Shown here piece after piece: positions 21,901 through 35,385 of a DNA stretch of 64,000 nt. A program made the translations under genes and the position numbers. The notes beneath the pieces were generated by a model. The model did not search any database, was not told the DNA's origin, and saw only the letters and a list, made by a program, of their open reading frames with translations. The stretch's first letter is position 1, and each line of letters begins with the position of its first letter. Source of the DNA: Macrostomum hystrix (lineage: Eukaryota; Animalia; Platyhelminthes); contig CATNEN010000039.1 of the NCBI GenBank assembly GCA_950097015.1, forward strand, positions 7,564,001 to 7,628,000, read 5' to 3'.

Positions 21901-24408
21901 GGCCGCTTAGAGCCAGCAGCACTGTTAGCAACTGGGAACGCTGCGGCTGCGTCCATGAGATGGCCATTGGAGGCAGAGCAGCCGAGTGGAGCAGCAGGCT
22001 CAGCAGACAGTGGCAGCGGTACAGGCGCAGCTGTGGGGAAGATTAAAACAGTTCAATGGTGACTTAAGCCACGAAATGACACTACTTTTTACACTTGATA
22101 CTCGTAAAGCATGTCTATGCACGAAATCAATCATTTTGCCATCTGACTTACCAGAAGCTTTCTGGATGTGCGAGAGTAGCCCAGAGCCAAAATGCTGGAT
22201 ACAAGCATCTGAAAGGCATTATTTGGATTTCGTTTTCGCTTCTAATTGTCAGCAACTAAAGATTTGTTATGATCCTGGGAATCTGGGAAAGCTTTGGTAT
22301 AATCCTGGGGATCTGGGAAAGCTTTGGTATAATCCTGGGGATCTGGGAAAGCTTTGGTATAATCCTGGGGATCTGGGAAAGCTTTGGTATAATCCTGGGG
22401 ATCTGGGAAAGCTTTGGTATAATCCTGGGGATCTGGGAAAGCTTTGGTATAATCCTGGGGATCTGGAAAAGCTTTGGTATAATCCTGGGATCTAGGAAAG
22501 CTTTGGAATAATCCTGGGATCTGGGAAAGCTTTGGAATAATCCTGGGGATCTAGGAAAGCTTTGGAATAATCCTGGGGATCTAGGAAAGCTTTGGTATAA
22601 TCCTGGGATCTGGGAAAGCTTTGGTATAATCCTGGGGATCTGGGAAAGCTTTGGTATAATCCTGGGATCTGGGAAAGCTTTGGAATGATCCTGGGAATCT
22701 GGGAAAGCTTTGGTATGATCCTGGGAATCTGGGAAAGCTTTGGTATAATCCTGGGGATCTGGGAAAGCTTTGGTATAATCCTGGGAATCTGGGAAAGCTT
22801 TGGTATAATCCTGGGGATCCAGGAAAGCTTTGGAATAATCCTGGGGATCCAGGAAAGCTTTGGAATAATCCTGGGGATCTGGGAAAGCTTTGGTATAATC
22901 CTGGGGATCCAGGAAAGCTTTGGTATAATCCTGGGGATCTGGGAAAGCTTTGGTATAATCCTGGGGATCTAGGAAAGCTTTGGTATAATCCTGGGGATCT
23001 GGGAAAGCTTTGGTATAATCCTGGGGATCTGGGAAAGCTTTGGTATAATCCTGGGGATCCAGGAAAGCTTTGGAATAATCCTGGGGATCTGGGAAAGCTT
23101 TGGAATAATCCTGGGGATCCAGGAAAGCTTTGGAATAATCCTGGGGATCTAGGAAAGCTTTGGTATAATCCTGGGGATCTGGGAAAGCTTTGGTATAATC
23201 CTGGGGATCTGGGAAAGCTTTGGTATAATCCTGGGGATCCAGGAAAGCTTTGGTATAATCCTGGGGATCCAGGAAAGCTTTGGTATAATCCTGGGATCCA
23301 GGAAAGCTTTAGTATAATCCTGGGGATCTGGGAAAGCTTTGGTATAATCCTGGGGATCCAGGAAAGCTTTGGTATAATCCTGGGATCTGGGAAAGCTTTG
23401 GTATAATCCTGGGGATCTGGGAAAGCTTTGGTATAATCCTGGGATCTGGGAAAGCTTTGGTATAATCCTGGAATCTAGGAAAGCTTTGGTATAATCCTGG
23501 GGATCTGGGAAAGCTTTGGTATAATCCTGGGGATCCAGGAAAGCTTTGGTATAATCCTGGGGATCTGGGAAAGCTTTGGTATAATCCTGGGATCTAGGAA
23601 AGCTTTGGAATAATCCTGGGGATCTGGGAAAGCTTTGGTATAACCCTGGGGATCCAGGAAAGCTTAAATAGTATAATCCTGGGGATCTAGGAAAGCTTTG
23701 GCATAATCCTGGGGATCTAGGAAAACTTTGGTATAATCCTGGAATCTGGAGAAGCTCTAGTCAAATTCTCAGGATCTGAGGAAGCTGTAGTCGAATCAAC
23801 AGGATCTGGGGAAGGTGGAGTCGAATTAACGGGATCTGGGGAAGCTGCAGTCGAATTAACGGGATCTTGGGAAGCTGCAGTCGAATTAACGGGATCTGGG
23901 GAAGCTGCAGTCGAATTAACGGGATCTGGGGAAGCTGCAGTCGAATTAATGGGATCTGGGGAAGGTGGAGTCGAATCAACAGGATCCAGTTCAGTTTAAA
24001 TAAAACAGCTCTCACTGAGATGGAGCACCACAGGGGAAATCCGAATGCCGAAGCCACATCAAAAGATGACCAAGGCGATGGTGCTAACAAGCTGGCATTT
24101 GGCCTGACAGCATCGCTGTTTAAGTGGCGGCTAACGAGCCCAGAAGCTTTAATGCCCAGACTAGCAGCCCAAATGGCGGCTCCTGTTAAGGCCATAGACA
24201 GTTGAATCCAGCCCAGCAGCTGGGGCACGCGGGACCCAGTGCGGGAGCCAACTATCAGCAGGCTGGCATCATCTAAGCTACAGTTCCCTAAGCTGCGGTC
24301 ATGCCAAAGGCGTTGGTAATGCCGCTGCTGCTGCTGGTCCTGCTGCAACGTAGGCAATGGCTCATGCTCGGGCCAGAACAGAGCATCCTCTGGCTGGGAT
24401 TGTGAGTC
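18952..24408 (-). CDS. MS4A/CD20-like multi-pass membrane protein; exons 24408-24016, 22208-22152, 22030-21716, optional 21651-19786, 19134-18952
   Basis: All junctions are phase-0 GT/AG. Product reads LLGWIQLSMALTG..FGFPLWCSIS|MLVSSILALG..KLL|LRLY..LLTVLLALSGLTVLLSWGLLLAC..|LGPADQ..QQQQ..LLV*. Four hydrophobic segments and the LG.IQ / G.P.W pattern are typical of CD20-like proteins. The donor at 21715 is weak (gtctgc). Confidence 0.62.
19185..19520 (-). mobile_element. tRNA-derived SINE, family B
   Basis: A/B-box head, body shared with other copies (hairpin ..CTGCC..ATGAGAAAGTCAG..CAGATGTACAC) and an (ATT)n tail. Confidence 0.85.
19547..19710 (+). mobile_element. Diverged CORE-like SINE
   Basis: TAGCCGAGTGGTTAG A box, GAGTTCGAGTC B box, then TGTGTCCTTGAGCAGGACA..ACCCAGCTG. 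Confidence 0.6.
19800..21590. repeat. 18-bp minisatellite (about 99 copies), possibly coding on the minus strand
   Basis: (GGATGGGACAGCAATGGA)n with substitutions but no frame-shifting indels. Confidence 0.95.
22268..23990. repeat. 30-bp intronic minisatellite with two sub-types
   Basis: (AATCCTGGGGATCTGGGAAAGCTTTGGTAT)n grades into (GGGATCTGGGGAAGCTGCAGTCGAATTAAC)n after about 23760. Confidence 0.95.
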
Positions 24409-27400
24409 CTGAAATATCCCACGCATAAGATATTTATAAAAAGTGTACATTAATCTTTTTTGAAAGCTTGTTTTAGAAGAAAATAATGAAAACAATAAAC
24501 TGGGTAAATAAAAAATGAATAAAATTAAAAAAATTAAAAAAATATAAAAAATATAAAATAAAAACTCTTTTTTGAATAGCTAGCTAGCTTTTGAATTACT
24601 AATACAATTTCATATGATCAGTTACTAGTTAAGTTTAAGTTAGTTTGCCCATTTACTATTTTAAATGAATTTATTGAGTTACTACCAGGCATTTTATTGT
24701 ATGCCTGTATTGGTTTTTAAATACATTAAAAAGTTATTGTAAATTCTGGACTTAGGAAAAGCTTTAAGTGATAAATTGTATAAAAGCTAGGCCTAAGTGA
24801 CATAAGACAATGAGCCAGGCAATGGATTAGTTATAGCCTATAGATAGAAAAAAATAATATATCAGCTACACAGGGCTTCTTGAACTTTAATCCTATAAAA
24901 TCCTATAAAGTGGCAAAACTTTGGGTTTTCCAATTGAAACTAGAGTTGCTGACTGACTGATTGATTGATCTGTTGCAGCTTACCTGTAACTGTAAATATA
25001 TATAGGCCTATGTTAATGTAGTTTGTATAAGTTGGCTTTAAGTTTGAATGAAGTTTATATATGAAAAATAATTATCAATCAAAAAATTGAGAAAAGCATA
25101 AGCTTAATTGCAAGAATGTATATTTTTTATAGAACTTTATTGTTGTCATCAGTCATTATTGCCATGGTGTTTGGATTTTCTAATTTGTTTGGATAGGCCT
25201 ACCTACAAAGAACTTAGACCCACCCAATAATAAATAGGATTAGCTAATCTTAATATGATATATGCCCCTATAAAAGTGTAATTCTATTTAAACATTATTA
25301 ACAGAGAATTTACCCAACCCAAACCTTTCAATCATTTTGTCCTACTTAGTGTGGTATTTATATATATTGGGGTGCCCACAATATTGGGCACCACAATAGG
25401 CCTAGCCTTTACTTTAGGCCCATTCTATAATAAATATAAGTAATCTTCAATAGTCTCCCTTGGCCTTGACTCTGTTAAAGTTTAATCATATTTATTTGCA
25501 ATTCTCCCACAAATAAAACACCCTAAAAATTCCTAATTCCCTATATACCACTAAGGGAATAAGTATATCATTGAATAGAAACTTAGAAAGTGGTTGTAAC
25601 TAGATTAAAAAATTGTTTACATCTTTGAACTCAGCACCCCTAAACATTATGCATTATAGCCATTATAGACAGATTAATGAACCCCAACCTACTAAAACTA
25701 GAACTATAAAAGTTCTTGAAGCCCCCAACACAACACCTACTCTATTAGGCCAGATGCATAGCCAACAAGACAGCCATAGAGCCCTATCATATGGCATATA
25801 TAAGTGCTGCACAGGTCTTACAGCTACAGCTGTTTAGTCTGTGGAATAAGGGGATGCCAAGCCATGGCAGTGGTTCTCAGTTAACCTGGCTGATACTAGT
25901 AGGCCTATGCCTAGGCCTGCCCATTTATCAGCTGGTGAGCTAAAAATGTGGAGTTAGGCCTAAGTAGGCCTAGCTTTAAGTTAGCTAGACACTGCTAGGC
26001 TACAACTCCCTAGTGCATATTTAGCTGTTGTAGTGTTTAAATAGGCCTATTGGCATTAGGGCCTTAAGTATGGTTTCGTTCGTTAAACTCAAATTCGGAC
26101 GAAAAACGATAACTGGCGTAACAAGGATAACGGGTAACATTATGTCTAAATTATGAGTTACACTAAAAGGGTCCTAAGCATCCATTGAATACACCATTAT
26201 GTATTTATACATACACTTTATGCTTCTAGTAAGTAAATACGACAGAGCCAGCTATATTTATTTTGAGACTGCACGGTACTTCCTTGGCGACAGGCCGACA
26301 GCTGGCGTCAAATTTTTATATGCATGCCCATGGTTGCGGCTCTTGTAAAAAATGAAGTACTTTTAAAAAGCTACCCAGAGGTTTGTCATCCACAACAATA
26401 ATTATTTTCTCGAGCATTGAGAGACCTGAAATTTATTGATTAAGCCCCGAATGTACTTTTCTTTCTGTAAGGCATCTTGAATTTGAGCGTCGAAAAGCGA
26501 CTTCATGATTAATTAGCAAAAAAAAATTGCACCCGAACATTTTTATATAACATTTAAATAGCTGTTTAAAGCACAAAATACATATTGCTGATCAAAATAA
26601 GATGTAAATTCGGCAAAGGTATTAAAGTTAAACTCGAAAGCACGATATTAGATTTTCGACTAATTTAAAACTTGAAAATATTCTAAGAAACCGTGTTTTG
26701 CAGTTTTATGTAGTTTTATGTTGAAATAGTTTTACGTTTTTTAGAAAGATTGGTAAATGTGTTTTCGCTGTATAAACATGGTTTATACAAATTGAAGCTT
26801 ACTAAACACCAGAAGTTACTATAACAGCCAGGTTCTGCATTGATTTGCCACAATTGACGTAGTTCTGTAATTTTCTTTGCAGCATTATCAAACTTACCTT
26901 TTTATTTGTAGCCCACTTTTTATAATGTTTCAGACTTCTGAACGAGTGTTGATCGATCAGCTGAGTTCGATTCGAATTAGTAGTTCCGTGTAATTTAAGT
27001 AACTATACTTATTAAGTAGGATCCATCTGTGCTCAATCCAAGGGAAAATTGTTTTATTTAGCAAGACACTCAATTACCTAGCTAGTACTTTCTCAGTTAA
27101 CCTAGCTGTAAAACAGGTACTAGCATCAGCTGATGTAGAAATTTTGGTGGGTGTATGAGCCTCCCGATGAATGCACGCACGGAATTGGAAGCTGCGCGGC
27201 GCTATTGATGAAGCCGTACCACTCACTCGGGCTATAAATCTGGCCCACGTGGGCTGGTTGTATGCTATCTATCTATCTTTTGTCTATCTCTCGTACGATT
27301 TTGTCTTGTGAACACATAATGATCAGTAGTTACTTGCCGATATTCAAGTACAATATATGTACATGTTAAAAATTTGCCCTGGTCAAAACAAACTCATCAA

Positions 27401-29130
27401 CTGAGAAGTTGATAATAAATTACTTCCGTTGGACCAGAGACTAGTCCGAGATAGAGCCAAGTCCGTAGCAACACGAACTACTCCTTTGGGACTTCCAAGT
27501 CTGTGAAAGAGAACAAAATTACAATTAATGAATTTTAATTTTGAAGTACGATCACTCAGTCAATCCTGTATGATTCGGGGCTTGACGCAACTGCGATTCG
27601 ACCCATGTTAGGCCTTAGCACCCAAAAATTCGACTAGAAGATCGCCTCAGCTACGAGCTTAAATTTTCATAATGCGCAAATAATGCACGTATTTCAAAAC
27701 TCAAAGAACTCAAGAGATACGGATTTAGTTTGGTGGTCGCTTATATTCTCTTATGCATGCATATATTCATTTAAAGCAGGTATTATATTGTGCGCAACAA
27801 TGTAAGTTTGAGCAGAGAAAACTATAGCTCAAACCGAACTGCACTAGTAATAGTAGAAGTAATAGCATAGCACAAATGAGTGTAACGTTTGCAGCTGCAC
27901 CGCTGATTTGAAGCAATAGTCAGTGTTAGCAATGAACTTAACGTACTTGCAAAAAGAAGAATGTCTTTCAATAACTATCGTTATAGTTTGCAGTTTAAGT
28001 AGCTTGATAGAGATGGAAAATTGAACAAAGCCTTAGCTTACCTATGGCACCATGATCTTTTGCCGGGCAGTCAGAAAATCGTGCCCGGCCATAGAGCAAT
28101 ATCGGATTCAATGCTTGGTTTTGAGTACCATAGACATTTGCAAACTATATACCCATAGCCAAGTTATTACCATAAACTACGTGTGACAATTCCCAAATTT
28201 CACGCAATACTGCACGCTGCAAACGGCAAGAACAAAAACTGCAACGGGCATATATGTTTTTAAGAGGACCATTACAATCAGTCCGAAATGGTATTTTGTC
28301 CGTCTCTCTCTAGTAGTCAACCTTTCTCGTTTCGTTGCCCATAAACTGAAATTCGCAATCATGGAACGAGCTGCTAAACTCCAAACTAAACCCTGCACTT
28401 GGTAGAGTATAGTCGGGTTTTCCAGCGACTCATTCTCATTTCCACCGACGACAATGACTGCCGCTGAGAGGTCGATGGTCTCATTCGCCGTAATACTGTT
28501 TGTAGAAAACGTGTCCGTCGTCGAAGCGACGGTAGCGACAGACTCAGTAAGGTCTCGTATTATCTCATTCGCGTCCTTGAAGCATGGGTAAAAGTATACT
28601 ATATTATGTCATTATAATAAGCTTTGAAAAAAGGAAGTTGTTGTTTTCTACATTTTCAAAAAGGCAGCATGTGCAAGTTGTGCCAGTATATAGTATAAAT
28701 GTATATTATTATAGTTAAAAACAGTTAAACTGATCGAATGGAGTCGAAATAACCTTGCTTTTTTCAAAGTATCTGTGCTATTTTGTCCGCTCTCTGAATT
28801 TAGCTGAGGTACCAGCTGGATCATGTCTAAACATAAAGCATAATTTTTCATCAAGATAAGACACAAAACGCGAGAAAAATCTCAGACTCAGTTAAGCCTG
28901 TACGCGCAGAAAAAAACGGCTAAAATTAAAATAGCAATAAAAAACATTGCATACCTGTTTTCTAGTTACGAATAAGCTACTAATAATGTTTTACTAATAA
29001 AAAATCGAGATGATTTTATTGATTAGAAGCAGAAGGACACATTTTGCATTACCGGATCTTAGAGGGACACAGTGCATGAAGTCAGGCAACTTGGCAGCGA
29101 AAATAAAATCTGCGGAAAAATAAGTTCAGC

Positions 29131-31036
29131 TCACTCATACTGGTGCTGCTTCTCCACATAGTAGTTCTCGAAAATTCCTCGAAGAGTGGCGAAGGTCGGC
29201 CTCTCGGACGGATTCTCGTGCCAGCAGGCCAGCATGATGTTCTGATAGAGGAACTCTTCACATTGGATCCCCTGTGAATCGTTGTGAGGGTTTTTCATGC
29301 GATATCCGCGTGACACCATGCGAAGGATGTCTCGGTTATTGTACTCCGGGTACGGCGTGCGACCCCGAGTGACGATCTCGTAGATCAGAACACCGAACGA
29401 CCAGACGTCCGACTTGTTCGTGAAAACCTTCTCTGTGGCAGCCTCGGGCGCGGTCCAGCGAATCGGGAATTTTGTGTTTTCGCTGATGTCGTACACATCT
29501 TCCTCAATGAGACGACTCAGTCCGAAGTCGCTCACTTTGACAATATTGTCATTTCCAACGAGGATGTTAGCAGCGCGGAGGTCCCTGTGAATGAACTTTT
29601 TCTCCTCGAGGTACGCCATTCCGTCTGAGATCTGGAACAGCATGTCCAGCATGTTGTCGAAGGTGATTCTTCTGCCGTTCTGTTCGTCTTTCCTCAAATA
29701 GTTGGTGAGCGCTCCATTCGGCATCAGCTCAGTGACAATGTAGAAGGGCTCCTCGGTGGTGCAGACGCCAAGCAGCTGAACAATTTTCGGGTGATGCAGC
29801 TTGTGCATGGTTTGAGCCTCCCTAATGAAGTCTTCCTGGTTCATTTGAATTCCTTGGCCATTCGAGTGCATCATTTTAACCGCCACATCGACAAGGCGTC
29901 CTAGTTTGGCCCGCCATACCTGAAAGTCATTGTTAAATATTTTAGTGCGCATTCTATGCGGAATATATATTTTTATATACGCTCGTATGGATATGTATAC
30001 TGAACTGAATTTGACGAAATACTTCAGTGCCTTTGGTTTTTAATATTTTTGTATTCAACTTTTTTTGTCTTGGATATATATAATGCGATAATTAAATACC
30101 AGCATGATTAAATATTTTGTCTACCTGAGCTTTGTATAGTTCCATGATGAGCTCTATGTACTCATCAACGGATATGAGGAGACAAGCGGGTTGAGTGCTT
30201 GATTGTGACTGCCAAATAAAAAGAAAGTTACTAAGATTATAAAAGATCACCTCTCCAAACGATCCGCGCCCTAATTGTTCCATCAAGTTGAGCTGCTTTC
30301 TGTTGAGCTCAAAGTCACGGAATTGAGGCGGTGGTACATATTGTCGAGGACACGGCATGGTTAGACGACAGCAGAGACCATCCTGCGCATTCTGATAGTG
30401 TCTAACCAAGTTCTGCATGCTAACGAAAACCTTCCGCGGGCTAATATAGAAGCCATTATCATCTGTTGGTTTAACCATGTAGTGCTTGACGAGGATTTGG
30501 CGGCCCTCGGTGCGCGAGAGCTCCTCGGTGCGCACGCTTAGGCTGTACGCTGCCTGGTCGGCTCGCTGCTTGCAGGGACGCAGCAGGAATGTTCCCTCCT
30601 GCAGGCCCGGCATGAGCAGATTCCTCTCAGCCTCTCTGCGGTCCACGTCGAACCAGCAGGCCATGGAGGTCGGGCCGCCGTCGAATGGCTGAACGTAGTT
30701 GTACGGCACGTAGCCGACTTCACCAGTTTCCGGGTTGCTCATTTTCCACCAGAACTCGTCTGAATTGTCGAGTAGTTCCAAGATGTCGTCCTTCCTGAAT
30801 GATAAGTCACCTTCCACCTGCCTCTCAAAGGTGAATAACGCTCTCATTTGTCTTCGACGTGGCGCTATCGAGGTTGGCTGTGGTGGTGCCTGCTGCAATT
30901 GTTCGGCTGGCGGGGATGATCGTGACGTCAGTTTTGGAATCGGTGGGTCCTGCGGTGATAATGGCTGCGGGATTGGAATTCGGTTCCCTCCGTTTCGCCG
31001 CTCCTTGTTGCCGAAGCAGCTAATGCAATTACCCAT
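29131..31036 (-). CDS. src: Src-family tyrosine kinase A (exons 31036-30251, 29919-29131)
   Basis: MGNC myristoylation/palmitoylation start, SH3 (ALFTF..DLSF..WW..GYVPYNYV), SH2 (FLLRP), GRGSFGEV, VAVK, HRDLRAAN, DFG, FPIRWTAPE and C-terminal QYE. Confidence 0.93.
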
Positions 31037-32109
31037 TCTGCGTAATGCCTTCTTTAATCGTGTCCGGCACTGGAGATATTTTGTCCTCAAGTTTCTCTTA
31101 GTGCGTATTTTTGATACTGGACAAATATAACAAGCCGATTACTAGACAGCTGTAAAACCTTTTGCATAATGCAAAGCCTGTTTTTAAGTCGAGCATACGA
31201 GCAATATAACCCCGAACTAATGCTAATGTACACTCTTAGTCTTCCTGCGATACTGCGCTATGGCACCTCATTTGAGAAAGTTCAACTGAAGGCTACTGCA
31301 GTTGGTAGCATGCCCTGTACATTCTAGACAACCTCTTTTCGCACACAACTCTCTCTCCTTTCCACTCTCTCCTGCGCTCTGCTGCCTCGCATTTCATTAA
31401 TTCCTTGCATCTGAGTGCTCGCTACTCGCTGTTATCAAATAGCAAACTGGCGCATTGTGGAGACATTGGCCGCTCTCCAACTTCCCTCCGTCACTCTGTC
31501 TGTCTGTCTGCACTGCATCTTTGGCTTTCTTTTAAATTTTATGTCCGTAAGCTTAATTTGTGTTTTCATAAGCCTGCATTCAAGCCCAGCAGTAATGAAG
31601 TAATGACTATTGTAATGATTTACATTCTATAATTTTTTATTTATGATAGGGAGGTACACATGCGGCATCGAAAGTCCACACCCGAACACAGATCCAAGCA
31701 GGTTGTATCTATTCGAATTGTACATCGCGAAATTTGTATCCAAATGCGTGCATGCGTGCATTCGAATTAAGTGCGCCAACAACAGACAGGCAGCCCCGTT
31801 GCCAGTAGTTCGTTAACTGACTGCACTGAACAGAGCCGCTACAATGCCTGACGTAGGTAGCATGTCTTTCGCTTTAGTGCTAGTATTTCGCACGAGGTTT
31901 CTTCGCACCCTAGAATAATGTCGAAAAACGTTTCGAATTTTATCGAAATTGATGCCTGTTGAGACTTTCGTGCATTGGCACTGAGGCTAATATCTCTGAG
32001 TGTTTGCGTGTGCTTTTTCGTGTGTTTTAGAATTCCTCCTGTCCTTTCATCTCGATCTGTGTTCTGATTGGCTGACTCCCTGAGTGTGCCGTGTTTCTTA
32101 TCGCGGCAC

Positions 32110-32345
32110 CCTGCGCTTTTTGGTCAGCCACCCCTTTCCACGGCTTAGGTTTTCAATCGTTATATCTCGTCTAACGAGTTTCTCTCCCCAGCCGTTTTTA
32201 TTGTATCCAGCCCTCCGTGTGGCCTAAATCCCATATGGTATGAAGTCAAGCCTAATAAAAATAAAAATAAATTGGTTGAGCCGTTCGGGAGATAGTTGAT
32301 TGCAAACACACAAGCAAGCAAGCCAGCAAGATGTAGTGGTAAGTA
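32110..32345 (+). mobile_element. Possible Helitron/Helentron-associated non-autonomous element remnant
   Basis: AAATTGGTTGAGCCGTTCGGGAGATAG followed by an ACACAC/(AAGC)n microsatellite resembles DINE-1/HINE-type 3' ends. The ends are not defined. Confidence 0.3.
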
Positions 32346-33015
32346 GTGAGTTACAATACCGAGGTTCTTAGTTGTAGAGACATCGAATTGGGTTCAAATT
32401 TATTAAATTTGCTTTTTAATATTTTTTACATTCAATTGTGCTTCTTAAAATGTGTTAAAAATAATATAACTTGTATGCACACTCCGATTGAAATTAAAGT
32501 TCAATTTCACAGGAAAACAATTCACATGCAAGATGTACGCATGTATATTTTAAACGTACAAGCGTACAGGTAAAAACCAAAACCGTTTGCTATGCAGAAA
32601 GTAAATATCCAAAACAGTATAGGGTAAGATTAACAGGTCAGAGTCAAAGGAAATTTAATCAGATGAATAAGTTTATCTGAATAATTATTCGATTTAAAAG
32701 CCTTTTTAAAACAATGTGCTCAACTTCGAGCTATACTTACGAACTACATTTATACAGTACGTCTTAAATTAAATTATGACATGTATCGTATATTTTAATT
32801 AAATCTTCAAGGATAAGTGCGGAACACGAAAAACTGCCTCAATACTTGGCATTGTTGGAAGTTGTAATTTAAACTTGAATAAAGTAACAAGCAAAGTCGA
32901 TTCTTTCACAGTTACCTTAATATACAGCCATTCGTCCTATTATAAACATTAGGAAACCTCAAATCCGTTGCCAATGATTTTGTAGACATGATCGCAGAAG
33001 GACTCATTGATACTC

Positions 33016-34690
33016 CTAATCATACTGCCTCTCTTTCTCTGTGTCATAGTTCTCAAAGCAGTTGCGCAGAGTGGCGAAGGTCGGTCGCTCGGACGGATTC
33101 TCGTGCCAGCAGGCCAGCATGACATTATTATACAAAAAGTCATCGCAGTGGATTCCAAGCGACTGATCTTGAGGATTGGACATTCGGCGCCCGTTCGAAA
33201 TCAAACGCAGAATTTCGTTGTTTCTGTACTCCGTGTACGGCGTGCGACCCCGAGTGACGATCTCGTAGATCAAAACACCGAACGACCAGACGTCCGACTT
33301 GTGCGTGAAAACCTTCTCTGTGGCAGCCTCGGGCGCGGTCCAGCGAATCGGGAATTTCGTGTCCTCACCGACTCCGTACACATCCTCCTCAATGAGACGA
33401 CTCAGTCCGAAGTCGCTCACTTTCACAATATTTTCATTTCCAACGAGGATGTTAGCGGTCCGGAGGTCCCTGTGAATGAACTTTTTCTCCTCGAGGTACG
33501 CCATTCCGTCTGAGATCTGGAACAGCATGTCCAGCATGTTGTCGAAGGTGATTAATCGACCGTTTTTGTCATCATTTTTCAAGTAAGCGTTGAGCGCTCC
33601 GTTCGGCATCAGCTCAGTGACAATGTAGAAGGGCTCCTCGGTGGTGCAGACGCCAAGCAGCTGAACAATTTTCGGGTGATGCAGCTTGTGCATGGTTTGA
33701 GCCTCCCTAATGAAGTCTTCCTGGTTCATTTGAATTCCGTTTCCTACTGAATGCATTTTCTTCACAGCCACTTCAACCATTCGGCCGAGTTTTGCCTTCC
33801 ACACCTAAAAATTGAAGTTAGATTTGCCTTAATATTAATAAACTACTGTAGTTTTGCATGCGATCTCTATTGGTTGCTAGCGATGCACTCACCTCTCCAA
33901 ATGAGCCTTGGCCTATCTTGCAAATCATGCTCAGCTGTTTTCTGTTGAGCTCAAAGTCGCGGAACTGCGGTGGTGGCTCGTACTTGCGTGGACAGGGTAT
34001 TGTCAAGCGACTGCAAAGTCCGTCCTGTGCAACTTCATAATGTTTTAACAGTTCTTCCATGCTTGCGAATCTATGCTTAGGAGAAATATAGAAGCCGTTA
34101 TCGTCCGTGGACCTCACCATGTAGTGCTTCACTAAGATCTGTCTGCCATCGATGTCCGACAACTCCTCGGTTCGAATGCTCAGAGTGTAGGCGGCTTGAT
34201 CAGCTCGCTGTCGACAGGGGCGCAACAAATATGTCCCGTCTTGAAGACCTGGCATCAGCAGGTTTCTCTCTGCCTCTCTTCGATCGATATCGAACCAGCA
34301 GGCCATAGAGCTGGGGCCACCTTCATATGGCTGAACATAATTGTGGGGCACATAGCCAGTTTCACCTGTTCTTGGATCGTACATTTTCCACCAGAGCTCG
34401 TCGGAGTTGTCCACTAGCTCCATAATATCGTCCTTTTTAAACGTTAGATCACCCTCGACCTGCTTCTCGTAGTCAAATAGTGCGCGCATTTTCTTCCGAG
34501 AGGGCTCACTCGGTTTTGGTGGAGGTGGCGGTGGAGGCCTCGCGAGTTGATTTTGACTATTTCTTGCCTCCAGACCCACCTCTGATATTCTTGGTTCTGC
34601 AACTTCGACAGTGGTCTTAGTGGAATTTTTCTGCTTTTTAATTTTCTTCTCTCCTGCTCCCTTCTTGTTCCTGCTCAGCTTGTTGCCCAT
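33016..34690 (-). CDS. src: Src-family tyrosine kinase B (exons 34690-33893, 33804-33016)
   Basis: MGNKLS plus a polybasic N-terminus, SH3, SH2, GQGSFGEV, VAVK, HRDLRTAN, DFG and C-terminal QYD. Same single intron position as A. Confidence 0.93.
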
Positions 34691-35087
34691 TTTCGGGGCA
34701 GGTACAGTGGGATGATCGCGTCCTGTCTAAACTACCTGGCGCCGCCGGTTATGGAGCTGGATCTGTGATACAATGTCAAGATGGAACTATCCTGTTCTAT
34801 AGCTTTGTGCCTGCTGCACTGGCGTGAGGCTGCTGCATTTAAATGCTGTAACTTTAGCCAAAAGAGAAGCGTGTACATTGTTGATGAGTAAACTGAGGTA
34901 GACAGAAAAAATTACTGTCCTTTCCGAATTGACGAGCTAGGCTGCACAGTAGGCTGTGCTGGCTCTTTCCTATCCTCGCTGGGGTAGACAAAGTTATATT
35001 CTTTTCTAGGCTTCCATTTTACGCTAGAATGCCTGATGCAAGAAGGCCCTCATAACTTGGCTTTTTTACTTATAAAAAGCCTAGTGA

Positions 35088-35385
35088 GGGTTCTAGCCTA
35101 TAGTGGTTAGAGCGTCGGACTCACGTCCTGAAGGTCAGGAGTTCGATTCCTAACTCGACTGGAATATATGGTGTCTTTTAGCAAGATACTTAACTCTGCA
35201 CTGCTTCAGTTCACTCAGCGCTATTAGAAATGGGTATCAATATTAGCAAAGAAAATAGAGGGTGGGTCTTGCGCCCAGTCCATGGACTGAACAGCCGAAT
35301 GCAGCCTTCCCAAATGCGCCGCGACGGCGTGCGGCAGTGCGGTCGGTTGCAGACCTGACTCAGCACGGAGAGTTAATGATTATTA
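35088..35385 (+). mobile_element. tRNA-derived CORE-like SINE, family A
   Basis: TAGCCTATAGTGGTTAGAGC A box, GAGTTCGATTCC B box, and a MIR/CORE-like GTGTCTTTTAGCAAGATACTTAAC..CTTCAGTTCAC..AAATGGGTA segment. Confidence 0.85.

Noticed and set aside
35088-35160. tRNA genes at the SINE heads
   Set aside because: They continue into a shared body and ATT tail, some with TSDs, and form no clean cloverleaf.
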